Part shown: piece after piece, positions 27,566 through 36,908 of the stretch
How the letters are laid out: each line of letters begins with the position of its first letter
How positions within the stretch are numbered: position 1 is the first letter of the stretch
From: Chloroflexota bacterium
GTDB lineage: Bacteria > Chloroflexota > Anaerolineae > B4-G1 > SLSP01
Direction of reading: 5' to 3'
DNA: 64,000 nucleotides
NCBI GenBank assembly: GCA_036845725.1
Contig: DAIUDK010000001.1
Span: 22,522 to 86,521 of the forward strand
Made by a program: the position numbers and the translations under genes
Notes under the pieces: generated by a model
What the model saw: only the letters and a program-made list of their open reading frames with translations
Told to the model about the DNA's origin: nothing
The model's database searches: none

Positions 27566-27634
27566 ACGGGAAATTTTAGCAGACCGTCCAAGTTGCACGT
27601 GTAACACAAGTTTGCAATACTGGGTGGAAGAGGA

Positions 27635-29005
27635 GTGAAAGTGGAAGAACTAAAGGCGACCCCAACCGAGCCTGTCTCAATGGAACAATGGGAGGATCAA
27701 CTCGAAGAATCGTTAGTAGGCACAGAACTTCGGCGCGGAGAACTTCGCGAAGGCATTGTCCTGGCGCTCAAGGATGGCGGACTGGTTGTTGATATCGGTT
27801 CAAAACGCGATGGGTTTGTCCCCCGTGAAGACCTTGAGGACCTCGAAAACAAAACGTTCACTGTAGGTGAGACCGTTAACGTCATCGTGACCCGGTTCCG
27901 CGATTCGGACGGCAACGTTGAACTGTCTGCCTCGCAAGCAATGCTCCAGGAGGACTGGATCAAGGCCGAGAAACTGCGCGAAGACGAATCCGTTTACGAA
28001 GCGTTGGTGTTGAATGCTAACCGCGGTGGTCTAACCGTCGAGTTTGGCCATCTACGGGGATTCATCCCGATGTCCCAACTGATCGGCTTCTCCCGCATCC
28101 GGCAGGCTGCCGAACGGCATCGCCGTTTGCGCGCGATGGTTGGGCAAACGATTATGCTCAAAGTTATCGAGGTTAATCGCCGTCGCCGCCGCCTCATCCT
28201 CTCCCAGCGGGCCGCCGCCAAAGAGTGGCGCTCGGCGCGTCGCCACCAACTGATGGAAGAGCTAGAAACCGGGCAAGTCCGGCGTGGACGCATCAGCCAG
28301 ATCACCGACTTTGGCCTGTTCGTCAATCTCGGAGGGTTGGATGGCCTGGTACACATCTCGGAACTGTCATGGGGCCGTATCGAAGACCCGCGCGAGGCCT
28401 ATCACGAAGGCCAGCGCATCAAGGTCAAAGTCCTGAGTGTAGACCGTGATCGCCAGCGCATCGCCCTGAGCATCAAGGCACTCGCTCCGGACCCGTGGGA
28501 CATCGCACCCGAAAAATACGAGGAAGGGACGCTAGTCGAAGGCAAAGTCACCCAGGTGGTGGATTTTGGCATTTTCGTTGAGCTGGAGCCGGGCGTCGAG
28601 GGGCTGCTGCACAATTCTGAGCTTGGTGATGTGGAGCAACGCAACGAACTGGAACCGGGCGCGGCTGTCTTGGTGAAAGTCATTCGCGTTGAACCGGACC
28701 GCCGCCGCATTGGGCTGAGCGTCCGGCAAGTCCGCCGCGACGAATGGGAAGAGTGGGCGCTCGCAAAGGCCGCAGCCGAGGCGCAGAGCGAAGTCGCAGT
28801 CGAAGAGGAAGAGTTCGACGACCTTGCGGAAGCTGACGAAGATGAGGATGAATTCGGACTGGAATTGCCGGATGAAGTAGACGAAGACGCAGAGGCCATC
28901 GAGGCCGATGAAAAAGAATTCGACGAAACGCCGCTGCCAGAAGATACCGAAGAGGCCACGCCCAGCGCTGATGAAGGTGACGAGGCGGCTGAGGCCGAAG
29001 ATTAA
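27635..29005 (+). CDS. rpsA: Ribosomal protein S1-like protein (4 S1 domains) with a 90-aa acidic C-terminal tail
   Basis: Four S1 repeats ([16 protein letters not shown]..., [16 protein letters not shown]..., [15 protein letters not shown]...). GTG start within the GGAAGAGGAGTGAAAGTG context. Confidence 0.7.
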   Translation: MKVEELKATPTEPVSMEQWEDQLEESLVGTELRRGELREGIVLALKDGGLVVDIGSKRDGFVPREDLEDLENKTFTVGETVNVIVTRFRDSDGNVELSASQAMLQEDWIKAEKLREDESVYEALVLNANRGGLTVEFGHLRGFIPMSQLIGFSRIRQAAERHRRLRAMVGQTIMLKVIEVNRRRRRLILSQRAAAKEWRSARRHQLMEELETGQVRRGRISQITDFGLFVNLGGLDGLVHISELSWGRIEDPREAYHEGQRIKVKVLSVDRDRQRIALSIKALAPDPWDIAPEKYEEGTLVEGKVTQVVDFGIFVELEPGVEGLLHNSELGDVEQRNELEPGAAVLVKVIRVEPDRRRIGLSVRQVRRDEWEEWALAKAAAEAQSEVAVEEEEFDDLAEADEDEDEFGLELPDEVDEDAEAIEADEKEFDETPLPEDTEEATPSADEGDEAAEAED

Positions 29006-29022
29006 AGGAGATCACAAACCGG

Positions 29023-29280
29023 ATGGCTGGCAAAGAAGAAAAGATTGTGGTCGAAGGGACCATTGTAGAGGCGTTGCCCGGCACGCAATTCCGTGTGCAG
29101 TTGGATTCAGGGCACGAAATCCTGGCCTACCTATCCGGGAAAATGCGCAAGTACTACATCCGCATTCTGTTAGGGGATCGCGTGCGTGTGGAACTTTCTC
29201 CATATGACCTGACCCGCGGGCGGATTGTTTACCGCCACAAGAAACAACGCGGGGCCAGCGAAGAAGAAGAAGAGGGATAA
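29023..29280 (+). CDS. infA: Translation initiation factor IF-1 (with a short acidic C-terminal extension)
   Basis: [71 protein letters not shown] matches IF-1 nearly end to end. Confidence 0.9.
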   Translation: MAGKEEKIVVEGTIVEALPGTQFRVQLDSGHEILAYLSGKMRKYYIRILLGDRVRVELSPYDLTRGRIVYRHKKQRGASEEEEEG

Positions 29281-29309
29281 TCGTCGATTGATTATCCGGC
29301 GACTATGCA

Positions 29310-29343
29310 CAACGCCGACCATAAAGGTCGGCGTTGTTTTTTT
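29310..29343 (+). terminator. Rho-independent terminator after infA
   Basis: Stem caacgccgacc/ggtcggcgttg of 11 bp, loop ataaa, then a TTTTTTT tract. Confidence 0.8.
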
Positions 29344-29380
29344 GTCAACGGATTGAACGGATTTAACGGATGAAACAGAT

Positions 29381-30286
29381 TTACATATGATTTCCGTGCG
29401 GCTTGCGTGCCACCAGAGCGATCCAGTCCTCACACTGCCGGCGCTCAACAACGGACAGCCCCTGCGCAGCCAGCGCCGCCGTAACCTCATCCGCCTGCTC
29501 CGCCAAAATGCCCGAGACCACCAGTGTGCCCGCACGCCGAATCCGCGTATCCAACCCTGACGATGCCATGTCAATGATGATGTGCGCGAGAATGTTCGCC
29601 ACGACCAGATCGTATGGCTCGCCGACCTCCGCCAGCGAGCCGTGCAACACTCGTATCTGATGCGCTGCATCGTTGACACGCGCGTTCCGCCGAGCGACTG
29701 CCACCGCGTTGACGTCGTTATCAACGGCAAGAATGTCCGCCGCCCCCAGTTTCGCCGCGACCAGCGCCAGGATGCCCGTACCGGTTCCCAGGTCCAACAC
29801 ACGCATCCCTGGCTGCACCAGGTCTTCCAACGCTTCGACGCACAACTGCGTTGTCGGGTGCAAACCGGTGCCGAACGCCATGCCGGGATCCATTTCTAAA
29901 AGTAGCTCACCGGCCTGCGCGGCGTATTCACGCCATGAGGGCTTGATGACTACCTGCCGGCCCAAGTGCAGCACGGGGATGCTTTCCTTCCAGCCGGACG
30001 TCCAATCCTGATCAAGGATCGGCGCAAAAATCGGCTCGGGGATGACAGGCCAGATGTGGTGCAGATGCCAGAGCGCCTCCTCCACTTTCCGACGCCGCTC
30101 GACAATGTCATCGTCTACAGCGAGATAGGCTTTGACGGTCACTTGCTGCGGTGTGGCCTCTTCGCCGGTGCCCAGATCAATGACCACACCCTGCGGCGCG
30201 TAACGACTGAACACCTCGGCGACGGCTTCCGCCGCTTCGGGGACCACTGCGACGCTAACCTCGAGCCATTCCATCTGTGCTGTCAT
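29381..30286 (-). CDS. prmA: Ribosomal protein L11 methyltransferase
   Basis: SAM-binding motif [20 protein letters not shown]; ...AVDNDVNAV...; DLVVANI. Confidence 0.85.
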   Translation of the reverse strand: MTAQMEWLEVSVAVVPEAAEAVAEVFSRYAPQGVVIDLGTGEEATPQQVTVKAYLAVDDDIVERRRKVEEALWHLHHIWPVIPEPIFAPILDQDWTSGWKESIPVLHLGRQVVIKPSWREYAAQAGELLLEMDPGMAFGTGLHPTTQLCVEALEDLVQPGMRVLDLGTGTGILALVAAKLGAADILAVDNDVNAVAVARRNARVNDAAHQIRVLHGSLAEVGEPYDLVVANILAHIIIDMASSGLDTRIRRAGTLVVSGILAEQADEVTAALAAQGLSVVERRQCEDWIALVARKPHGNHM

Positions 30287-31407
30287 AGTCCCAACGCTTC
30301 TTTGACACGATCCACGAAGCCGAGTTTCTCCTCGACAACCACCTCGGTGCCGAGCGTCCCTGACAATTCCTGAAACAATTCCTTCTGCCTTGCCGAAAGG
30401 CGAGTCGGGATAGCGACTTGCACCACAATCAACTGATCCCCCCGCCCGTTGCCGCGCAGGAAGGGAATGCCCAGATTGCGCAGGCGGAAGATCGCGCCGG
30501 ACTGCGTTCCGGCAGGCATGGTGATCTGCCGTTCGCCCTCCAACGTGGGCACTTTGACCGAGTCACCCAGCGCCGCCTGCGCCACGTTGATCTGCATTTC
30601 GAGGATGACGTCGTTATTGTGACGCTTGAAGTAGGCATGTGGCTTGACGCTGAGCGTGACGTACAGATTCCCGGACGGCGCACCGCGCTCGCCCTGCTCG
30701 CCCTGTCCCGCCAGGCGAATCGTGACGCCGTCATCCACGCCCGCCGGGATCGCCACTTTAATCCGCCGTCGCCGGTAGACACGGCCCTGGCCATTACACT
30801 CATGGCACGGTTTGGTGACGATCGTCCCCTTGCCATTACAGCGCGGGCAAGTGACGATGTTGACGAACGATCCCAGGAATGTGCGCTGCGTGTGGCGCAC
30901 CTGCCCCGCCCCACCACATTCCGGGCACTGTTCTGCTACTGTCCCTGGTTCGGCCCGCGAGCCATTACAGGTCGGGCAGATTTCCTGCCGCTGGATATCG
31001 ACTTCTTTTTCGACACCGAACACCGCTTCTTCGAAAGTGATCTCAACGGTGCTACGCAGATCTCCGCCGCGCCGTGGACCGGAGCGGCTCGCCTGCCCAA
31101 AACCACCAAATCCGCCCAGGTTGCCGAACACCTCGGCGAAGATGTCGAAGGGATCGCGCCCACCGCCGAAGTCGAAGCCGCCGAAGCCGTTCGGAACTTC
31201 TGTGCCAAAGCGGTCGTACATCGAACGCTTCTCAGGATCGGACAGCGCTTCATACGCGGAATTGACTTCCTTGAAACGCTCTTCCGCATCTGGCTCAGAA
31301 CTGACATCAGGGTGATATTTGCGTGCCAACTGACGATATGCACGTTTGATATCTTCCTGGCTGGCTTCCCGCTGAACACCTAACACTTCATAGTAATCTC
31401 TGCTCAT
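30283..31407 (-). CDS. dnaJ: Chaperone DnaJ (J domain, G/F region, CxxCxGxG zinc fingers, C-terminal domain)
   Basis: [11 protein letters not shown]...HPD has the J-domain HPD motif. Four CxxCxGxG repeats ([32 protein letters not shown]). Confidence 0.95.
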   Translation of the reverse strand: MSRDYYEVLGVQREASQEDIKRAYRQLARKYHPDVSSEPDAEERFKEVNSAYEALSDPEKRSMYDRFGTEVPNGFGGFDFGGGRDPFDIFAEVFGNLGGFGGFGQASRSGPRRGGDLRSTVEITFEEAVFGVEKEVDIQRQEICPTCNGSRAEPGTVAEQCPECGGAGQVRHTQRTFLGSFVNIVTCPRCNGKGTIVTKPCHECNGQGRVYRRRRIKVAIPAGVDDGVTIRLAGQGEQGERGAPSGNLYVTLSVKPHAYFKRHNNDVILEMQINVAQAALGDSVKVPTLEGERQITMPAGTQSGAIFRLRNLGIPFLRGNGRGDQLIVVQVAIPTRLSARQKELFQELSGTLGTEVVVEEKLGFVDRVKEALGL

Positions 31408-31422
31408 ACACCATCTCGTACT

Positions 31423-32172
31423 TTACGCCGCGTCTTGACAGTCACAGGGTTCGTCGTTCCCGCAACAACAGGCTTCCTGTTCGGTTGCGCCAGGTTCGTC
31501 GTCACAACAACAAGGTTCATCCTCGATAACGACTGCATCCACCACTTCCAATTTCGCTTCTGGTTCCGGGACACGGGATGACGCCTTTGCAACCACCACC
31601 GATGAAGGCCGCAACACACGTTCGCCCAGGATGTAGCCGCGCTCGACCTCGGCGACGATCTGCCCATCTTCGAAGCCCGGTATCTCCTGGTAGAGCACGG
31701 CCTGATGATAAAGCGGATCGAAGGCATCACCGGGTTGAAGCCCTATGGGTGTTACGTTCTCGGCTTCGAGAACACCAGCGATTTTGCGCTGGATGAGCCT
31801 GATTCCACCCAGCCACGGGTGTTCCGCCAAATCCTGCGGCAAGGCCTGGAATGCACGTTCGAAGTCGTCCAGCACCGGCAGGAAGCGGCTCAACAACGCG
31901 GCATTGGCCACGCTGCGCCACGAAACCTGCTCGGCCTCCGTACGCTTGCGATAGTTGACAAAGGAAGCCTGCGAACGCTGCAAACCGTCGAGGTATTCCG
32001 CCGCTTTCTGCTCGGCTTCGGCCAATTGCGCCGCAAGCTGCCGGATTTTTTCCTCAAGGGGCGGTTCTTCAGAAACACTTACTTCGCCCGGTTCGTGTTC
32101 TTCTGTCACAACGTCTTCAACGTCTGTTTCTTCAAGTTCGGTTTGGTTTTCTTCATGGATTTCTTCTGTCAT
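31423..32172 (-). CDS. grpE: Nucleotide exchange factor GrpE with an atypical Cys-cluster C-terminal tail
   Basis: Core ...FVNYRKRTEAEQ...DAFDPLYHQAVLYQEIPGFEDGQIVAEVERGYILGERVLRPSSVVVAK matches GrpE. Extra tail VIEDEPCCCDDEPGATEQEACCCGNDEPCDCQDAA. SD GGTGGAGGA. Confidence 0.85.
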   Translation of the reverse strand: MTEEIHEENQTELEETDVEDVVTEEHEPGEVSVSEEPPLEEKIRQLAAQLAEAEQKAAEYLDGLQRSQASFVNYRKRTEAEQVSWRSVANAALLSRFLPVLDDFERAFQALPQDLAEHPWLGGIRLIQRKIAGVLEAENVTPIGLQPGDAFDPLYHQAVLYQEIPGFEDGQIVAEVERGYILGERVLRPSSVVVAKASSRVPEPEAKLEVVDAVVIEDEPCCCDDEPGATEQEACCCGNDEPCDCQDAA

Positions 32173-32198
32173 ACTAAGCGATCCTCCACCAAATATTT

Positions 32199-33302
32199 TC
32201 AGGATGCGGTTATACTAGCATCATCTTCAGAATCGGGGAATACACCGCGGATCCCAGGCTGATACGTCTCATAAACCAGTTCACCGAGGATATTCGCCAC
32301 GAAACGCACAACGGAAATGGTACGACTGTAGGGCATACGCATCGGTCCGACGACGCCAAGCGCGCCGGTGGCGTAGTTTGTCACGCCGTAACGCGCCAGT
32401 ACAATGCTACATGTGCGCAGTTCATCCCAACGCCCCTCACCGCCAATAAGCACGCGCACGCTACCGACGCCCACCGCCGGGGTCAAGGTCTCAGCCAACA
32501 CCGCCTGGAGCAGGCTGCGCTCTTCCAACACCCTCACCACGGACGTGGAAGCGGCGTCGCCTTCGGTGAATTCCGGCTCTTGCAGCAGGTCGGAGAGACC
32601 GTGCTGGTAGATTTCGTCCGAGGGCGTGCCCTCGGCATTGTACATAATCGAAACGACCAACCGGGCGATGTCGGCCTCCAGCGTGGGCAGCTCACCTAGC
32701 CGCGCTTCGATAGCCGCGACGCGCAAACCGGCGAAAATCTGGTTGAGGCGGTCGGCGACGTCGCGCAGGGTCGTTTGCGTCAACGGTTCGGAGAGCGCCA
32801 GCATTTGCTGTTCGATGGTGCCGCCCTGCAACACCAGGATCAGCAGCACCGCCCGCCCGTGGGTGAGGACGAGTTCCAGGTGTTTGTACACCGGCTCCAT
32901 CGTGCGCGGCGCGGTCACGACCGAGGCTACGCCCGACGAGCGCGCCAGCACCGAAGCCGCCAGCGGCAACCACGCCTCGATGTGGTCGCGAGCCTGATGA
33001 AACTGGTGCGCGATGCGGCGCTGTTCCGGGACCGGCAGCGATTGCTCTTCCATCAAGCGCGCCACGAAGTAACGGAACCCGGCCTCGGTGGGTACCCGTC
33101 CCGCCGACGTGTGCGGCTGCGCCAGATAGCCGAGGTCTTCAAGGGCCGCCATCTCGTTGCGCACCGTCGCCGGGCTGAAGTCGAGCCGGTACTTGTCCAC
33201 CAGGGTGCGCGAAGCCACCGGGATCGTCGATTCGACGTGTTCCCGGACGATGAGCTTGAGCAGCAAGCCCTGACGTGAGGTTAGTTCTGGCGATTCGGTC
33301 AT
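32199..33302 (-). CDS. hrcA: Heat-inducible transcription repressor HrcA
   Basis: N-terminal winged helix ...LLKLIVREHVESTIPVASRTLVDKYRLDFSPATVRNEMAALEDLGYL. A CIRCE operator lies about 200 nt upstream. Confidence 0.9.
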   Translation of the reverse strand: MTESPELTSRQGLLLKLIVREHVESTIPVASRTLVDKYRLDFSPATVRNEMAALEDLGYLAQPHTSAGRVPTEAGFRYFVARLMEEQSLPVPEQRRIAHQFHQARDHIEAWLPLAASVLARSSGVASVVTAPRTMEPVYKHLELVLTHGRAVLLILVLQGGTIEQQMLALSEPLTQTTLRDVADRLNQIFAGLRVAAIEARLGELPTLEADIARLVVSIMYNAEGTPSDEIYQHGLSDLLQEPEFTEGDAASTSVVRVLEERSLLQAVLAETLTPAVGVGSVRVLIGGEGRWDELRTCSIVLARYGVTNYATGALGVVGPMRMPYSRTISVVRFVANILGELVYETYQPGIRGVFPDSEDDASITAS

Positions 33303-33309
33303 CGGTTCA

Positions 33310-33330
33310 TTAGTCCAAAGTCCTTAGTCC
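33310..33330 (-). repeat. Tandem heptad array GGACTAA-GGACTTT-GGACTAA abutting the hrcA start codon (no SD present)
   Basis: The minus strand reads ctgaGGACTAAGGACTTTGGACTAAtgaaccgATG. Confidence 0.5.
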
Positions 33331-33502
33331 TCAGAACCTATCCAAAAATTATCGCGGTTTCACACTGTCGTCAGTATGGGCGGCTAAAGCCGCTTTTCCC
33401 CCGCGCCTTTAGGCGCAAAATACTGCGTCCGGTGAATTTTCGGATAGATTCTAAGTCCGTCGTCGCAATTCGGACATTCAAAACTGTGAACATGGCATCA
33501 AA

Positions 33503-33529
33503 TTAGCACTCGGATATAGAGAGTGCTAA
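33503..33529. promoter_or_regulatory. CIRCE operator (HrcA binding site), perfect consensus TTAGCACTC-N9-GAGTGCTAA
   Basis: Sequence is ttagcactc-ggatataga-gagtgctaa. It lies about 200 nt 5' of hrcA on the minus strand, inside the hrcA/kdgK divergent intergenic region. Confidence 0.85.
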
Positions 33530-33649
33530 GCACAACACCTAAATGATACCATGAAGAAGGCGCATGTCAATCTGACAGATTTGGCATCTTCCCTTTTTGA
33601 GTACAATTAGGAGTAGGGTACGCTCTACAACGGATCAGGAGGTCTTTTT

Positions 33650-34687
33650 ATGGTGAAGAAAGTTGTGACGTTTGGCGAGATTATGATGCGGCTCGCGCCG
33701 CCCGGTTTTCTACGTTTTGGACAGGCGCGCTCGTTCGATGTAATCTACGGCGGCGGTGAAGCGAACGTCGCCGTCTCGCTGGCGAACTACGGTGTGCCGG
33801 TCAACTTCGTCACCCGGCTGCCCAACAACGACCTGGGCGAGGCGTGCATCCAGTTCGTGCGCCAATATGGCGTGGGGACGGATTATATCGTGCGCGGCGG
33901 CGAGCGGCTGGGCATCTATTTTCTAGAGACAGGAGCCGCGCAGCGTGGCAGCAAAGTCGTTTATGACCGCGCCAACTCCTCCATCGCCACGATCAAACGC
34001 GGGATGATCGACTGGTGGACGGTTTTCGCCGACGCGGACTGGTTCCACTGGACCGGCATCACGCCCGCGATTTCGGAAGGCGCTGCCGACGTCTGCCTGG
34101 AGGCCGCGCAGGTCGCCAAGGAGATGGGACTGACCGTGTCGTGCGATCTGAACTTCCGCGCCAAGCTGTGGAAGTGGGGCAAGAAGGCCGGCGAGGTGAT
34201 GCCGGAACTGGTACGCCACAGTGACGTCGCTATCGGCAATGAGGAGGATGCGGACAGGGTGTTCGGCATCAAAGCGCCCGATGCGGATGTGTCGTCGGGG
34301 AAAGTCGAGGCGGAGGGTTACAGGTACGTCTGCGCGACGCTCGCGGAACGCTTTCCCAACCTCAGCGCCATCGCCATCACGCTGCGCGGATCGCTCTCGG
34401 CGAGTCACAACACGTGGTCGGGTGTGCTGTGGCGCAAGGGCGCGTTTTACAGCGCGCCGGTGTACGACATCGTGCACATCGTGGATCGCGTCGGCGGCGG
34501 CGATTCTTTCGGCGCGGGGCTGATCTACGGCCTGCGCAGCTACGGCGAGGATGTGCAGAAGGCGCTCGACTTTGCCGTGGCGGCGTCGTGCCTCAAGCAC
34601 TCGATCCTCGGCGATTTCAACCTCGTCAGCGTGGATGAAGTCGAAAAGCTGATGGGCGGCGACGCCTCAGGCCGCGTCGCGCGGTAA
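33650..34687 (+). CDS. kdgK: 2-dehydro-3-deoxygluconokinase (PfkB family carbohydrate kinase)
   Basis: PfkB signatures (..GGGEANVAVSLA.. N-terminus; DRVGGGDSFGAGLIYG C-terminus). SD AGGAGG. Followed by the eda gene. Confidence 0.8.
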   Translation: MVKKVVTFGEIMMRLAPPGFLRFGQARSFDVIYGGGEANVAVSLANYGVPVNFVTRLPNNDLGEACIQFVRQYGVGTDYIVRGGERLGIYFLETGAAQRGSKVVYDRANSSIATIKRGMIDWWTVFADADWFHWTGITPAISEGAADVCLEAAQVAKEMGLTVSCDLNFRAKLWKWGKKAGEVMPELVRHSDVAIGNEEDADRVFGIKAPDADVSSGKVEAEGYRYVCATLAERFPNLSAIAITLRGSLSASHNTWSGVLWRKGAFYSAPVYDIVHIVDRVGGGDSFGAGLIYGLRSYGEDVQKALDFAVAASCLKHSILGDFNLVSVDEVEKLMGGDASGRVAR

Positions 34688-34693
34688 ATTAAA

Positions 34694-34766
34694 CCACGAA
34701 TCTTCACGAATTGACACTAATTTTGCTTTCTATTCGTGAAGATTCGCGTCAATTCGTGGTTAATCT
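34694..34766. repeat. Short member of the same element family: AACCACGAAT...ATTCGTGGTT termini with a perfect 15-bp inner stem
   Basis: aaccacgaat-cttcacgaat-TGACAC-loop-ATTCGTGAAGATTCG-cgtca-ATTCGTGGTT. The inner stem cgaatcttcacgaat/attcgtgaagattcg is perfect. Lies between kdgK and eda. Confidence 0.5.
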
Positions 34767-34781
34767 TGATAGGAGAGTATT

Positions 34782-35456
34782 ATGGCACGCTTTGATCGAA
34801 TGACGGTTTTGAACAAGATTATGGAATTGGGCCTCATCCCAATATTTTATCACGCGGATGTGGAAGTGGCCGCGAAGATTGTGGCGGCGTGCGCGGCGGG
34901 CGGGGCGACGGTGGTGGAGTTCACCAACCGGGGCGATTTTGCACCGCAGGTGTTCCTCGAATTGAGCAAGCATTTCGCCAAGTCCGATCCCAACATCATC
35001 CTCGGCGCCGGCTCAATTGTGGACGCGCCTACGGCGGCGCTCTACATCGCCTACGGCGCGAACTTCATCGTCGGCCCGAACCTCAACCCCGAAGTGGCGC
35101 GGCTGTGCAATCGCCACAAGATTCCTTATTCGCCGGGCTGCGGCAGCGCCACGGAGATCGGCGAGGCGGAGGAACTCGGCGTGGAAATCGTCAAGATCTT
35201 CCCCAGCAAGGGGGTAGGCGGGCCGGATTTCGTCAAGGCGGTGTTGGGTCCGTGCCCGTGGACGCGCATTATGCCCACCAGCGGCCCGGACGCCACACAG
35301 GAGAGCATCCATACCTGGTTCAAAGCGGGCGTGGCCTGCGTGGGGCTTGGCTCGCAGCTCATCACCAAGCAAATCGTCGCGTCGGGCGACTTCGAGGGGC
35401 TGGCGCAGAAGACGGCGCAGATTTTGCAGTGGATCCGCGAGGCGCGCGGGAAGTAG
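34782..35456 (+). CDS. eda: KDPG / KHG aldolase (2-dehydro-3-deoxy-phosphogluconate aldolase)
   Basis: ...IPIFYHADVEVAAKIVAACAAGGATVVEFTNRG...VGPNLNPEV...KIFPS... match the Eda (beta/alpha)8 class I aldolase family, including the Schiff-base Lys region. SD TAGGAGAG. Confidence 0.85.
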   Translation: MARFDRMTVLNKIMELGLIPIFYHADVEVAAKIVAACAAGGATVVEFTNRGDFAPQVFLELSKHFAKSDPNIILGAGSIVDAPTAALYIAYGANFIVGPNLNPEVARLCNRHKIPYSPGCGSATEIGEAEELGVEIVKIFPSKGVGGPDFVKAVLGPCPWTRIMPTSGPDATQESIHTWFKAGVACVGLGSQLITKQIVASGDFEGLAQKTAQILQWIREARGK

Positions 35457-35477
35457 GCAGGCGCGTTGGTTCCATCA

Positions 35478-35514
35478 ACACGCCCCGCAAGAGATCGCGG
35501 GGCGTGTGTTTTGG
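35478..35514 (+). terminator. Rho-independent terminator after eda
   Basis: Stem acacgccccgc/gcggggcgtgt of 11 bp, followed by GTTTTGG. Confidence 0.65.
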
Positions 35515-35539
35515 CGAGTCCGTGGCCATTCTCACAATT

Positions 35540-36865
35540 TCAATAAACGTTGAAGTTCCCGCTGGCGATCAGCAGCGACATAAAATAGAGCAGGCCGTCG
35601 TAGTACCGGTATTGTCCCGAAGGGGCGCTTTGGTTCCACAGCGCCTGTACGAATTCGACGCGATGTGCTTCTGTGGAAGCAACCGCAGCCGCAGCGCCGT
35701 TGATCGAAATCAGTCCGGCCCCACTGTGCGACGCAAGCGCCTTGCCATCCAGGGTGTATTCCGCTTTGTAGCTGTTGATTCCTTCGTTGTAGAAAAAGTT
35801 GAGGACGCGGTTGACGTGTTCGACCTGCCACGGATCCGCCCCATTCCAGGCGTGATCGAGGGCTATATTCATGGTCGTGCGCCACGCATCGTACGCAAAG
35901 GCGTCATGGTTGCCGCCGCCAAACTTGACCGGCGTGCCGTCGAATTCGGCGTAGTCGGACATCAGGCCGGTTTCGGGATGTTCGGCCAGTTTCAGATAGG
36001 CGCGGCTGGCGGCTGTGGCTTCGCGCCAGAAGTCGTTGTCCGCTTTGGCCCATTGGGCCCACAGATTGTAGTAGTGCGGGACGTTATATGAGGGATCCGA
36101 GAACTGGCTGACTCGTCCCCGCCCCGGCACAAAGACGACGAGCTTCGTCTCCGGGTCGAACATGGCCGTAGCCGCGCCGCCCTCTTCACCCTTGTGGAGC
36201 ATGGTGTGCAGAATGGCGTTGGCTTCGGCTTCATAGTCGAAGATGCCCTCCCCGTTCCCCCAGCGGTGCGCGGCAAAGAAGAGCGCCATCGTCATCCAAA
36301 TCTCGCCATCCGAGGCGGGACCCTGATCGATAGGTGTCCCATCAGTGCGGTTGTGCCATGAGAAGTAGCCGGCGTTGGGGCCTTCGGTTCGATACATATA
36401 GGTTTTGGCCCACTTCCAAATGCGGTTGAACTCTTCCTGCTTGTCCATTTGCACCGCGATCATCATCCCATAAGAGATACCTTCCGAGCGTATATCGTTG
36501 TTGTTGACATCCAAAATATACGCCATGTCGTCGCCCACCTCATAGTAGACGCGCTCACGCTCGTCATCGCCGTAGAACAGGTGTTGCCATGCGGCGTCGA
36601 TTTTGGCCTGGACTTGCGCTTCACTTTTACCCAACAGGGTCTGAAACGTGTTTCCATCGTTTGGAGTCACCTCGGCTGTTGCCTCAGGTGTTGGCTCGAC
36701 CGTTGCCTCAGGTGGTGGCTCGGATGTTACCGCCGCTGTTGGCTCGGGTGTCACCTCAGTTGTTAGCTCCGGTAACACCTCGGGGGTCGCTGTTGACCTG
36801 ATACACCCAGCCCACAACGTGACAAACAAAAACAGCAAACCTAAAAACAGTGAGTTACGCATCAA
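35540..36865 (-). CDS. Glycoside hydrolase family 8 (Rex/endoglucanase-like), lipoprotein
   Basis: Lipobox ...LWAGCIRS. GH8 catalytic segment DIRSEGISYGMMIAVQMD. Pro/Glu/Thr-rich linker. SD AAGGAGG. The start is either TTG at 36865 or ATG at 36862. Confidence 0.75.
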   Translation of the reverse strand: MMRNSLFLGLLFLFVTLWAGCIRSTATPEVLPELTTEVTPEPTAAVTSEPPPEATVEPTPEATAEVTPNDGNTFQTLLGKSEAQVQAKIDAAWQHLFYGDDERERVYYEVGDDMAYILDVNNNDIRSEGISYGMMIAVQMDKQEEFNRIWKWAKTYMYRTEGPNAGYFSWHNRTDGTPIDQGPASDGEIWMTMALFFAAHRWGNGEGIFDYEAEANAILHTMLHKGEEGGAATAMFDPETKLVVFVPGRGRVSQFSDPSYNVPHYYNLWAQWAKADNDFWREATAASRAYLKLAEHPETGLMSDYAEFDGTPVKFGGGNHDAFAYDAWRTTMNIALDHAWNGADPWQVEHVNRVLNFFYNEGINSYKAEYTLDGKALASHSGAGLISINGAAAAVASTEAHRVEFVQALWNQSAPSGQYRYYDGLLYFMSLLIASGNFNVY

Positions 36866-36908
36866 TAAATCGGCCTCCTTTTAATTTGTCACCCACCCGC
36901 TGCGAAAA

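Noticed and set aside
31423-32172. Possibility that the long 'GrpE' ORF is a GrpE-DnaK fusion or that dnaK was missed
   Set aside because: The ORF is only 249 aa and the gap to dnaJ is 13 nt. No Hsp70 motifs are present (IDLGTTNS, DLGGGTFD) anywhere in the window.
33560-33650. A promoter for kdgK (TTGGCA-15 nt-TACAAT)
   Set aside because: The spacer is only 15 nt and alternative alignments are equally weak. Not reported as a feature.
34889-36091. A 400-aa plus-strand ORF spanning eda and the GH8 gene
   Set aside because: It crosses two independently supported genes on different strands. Pure GC-frame artefact.
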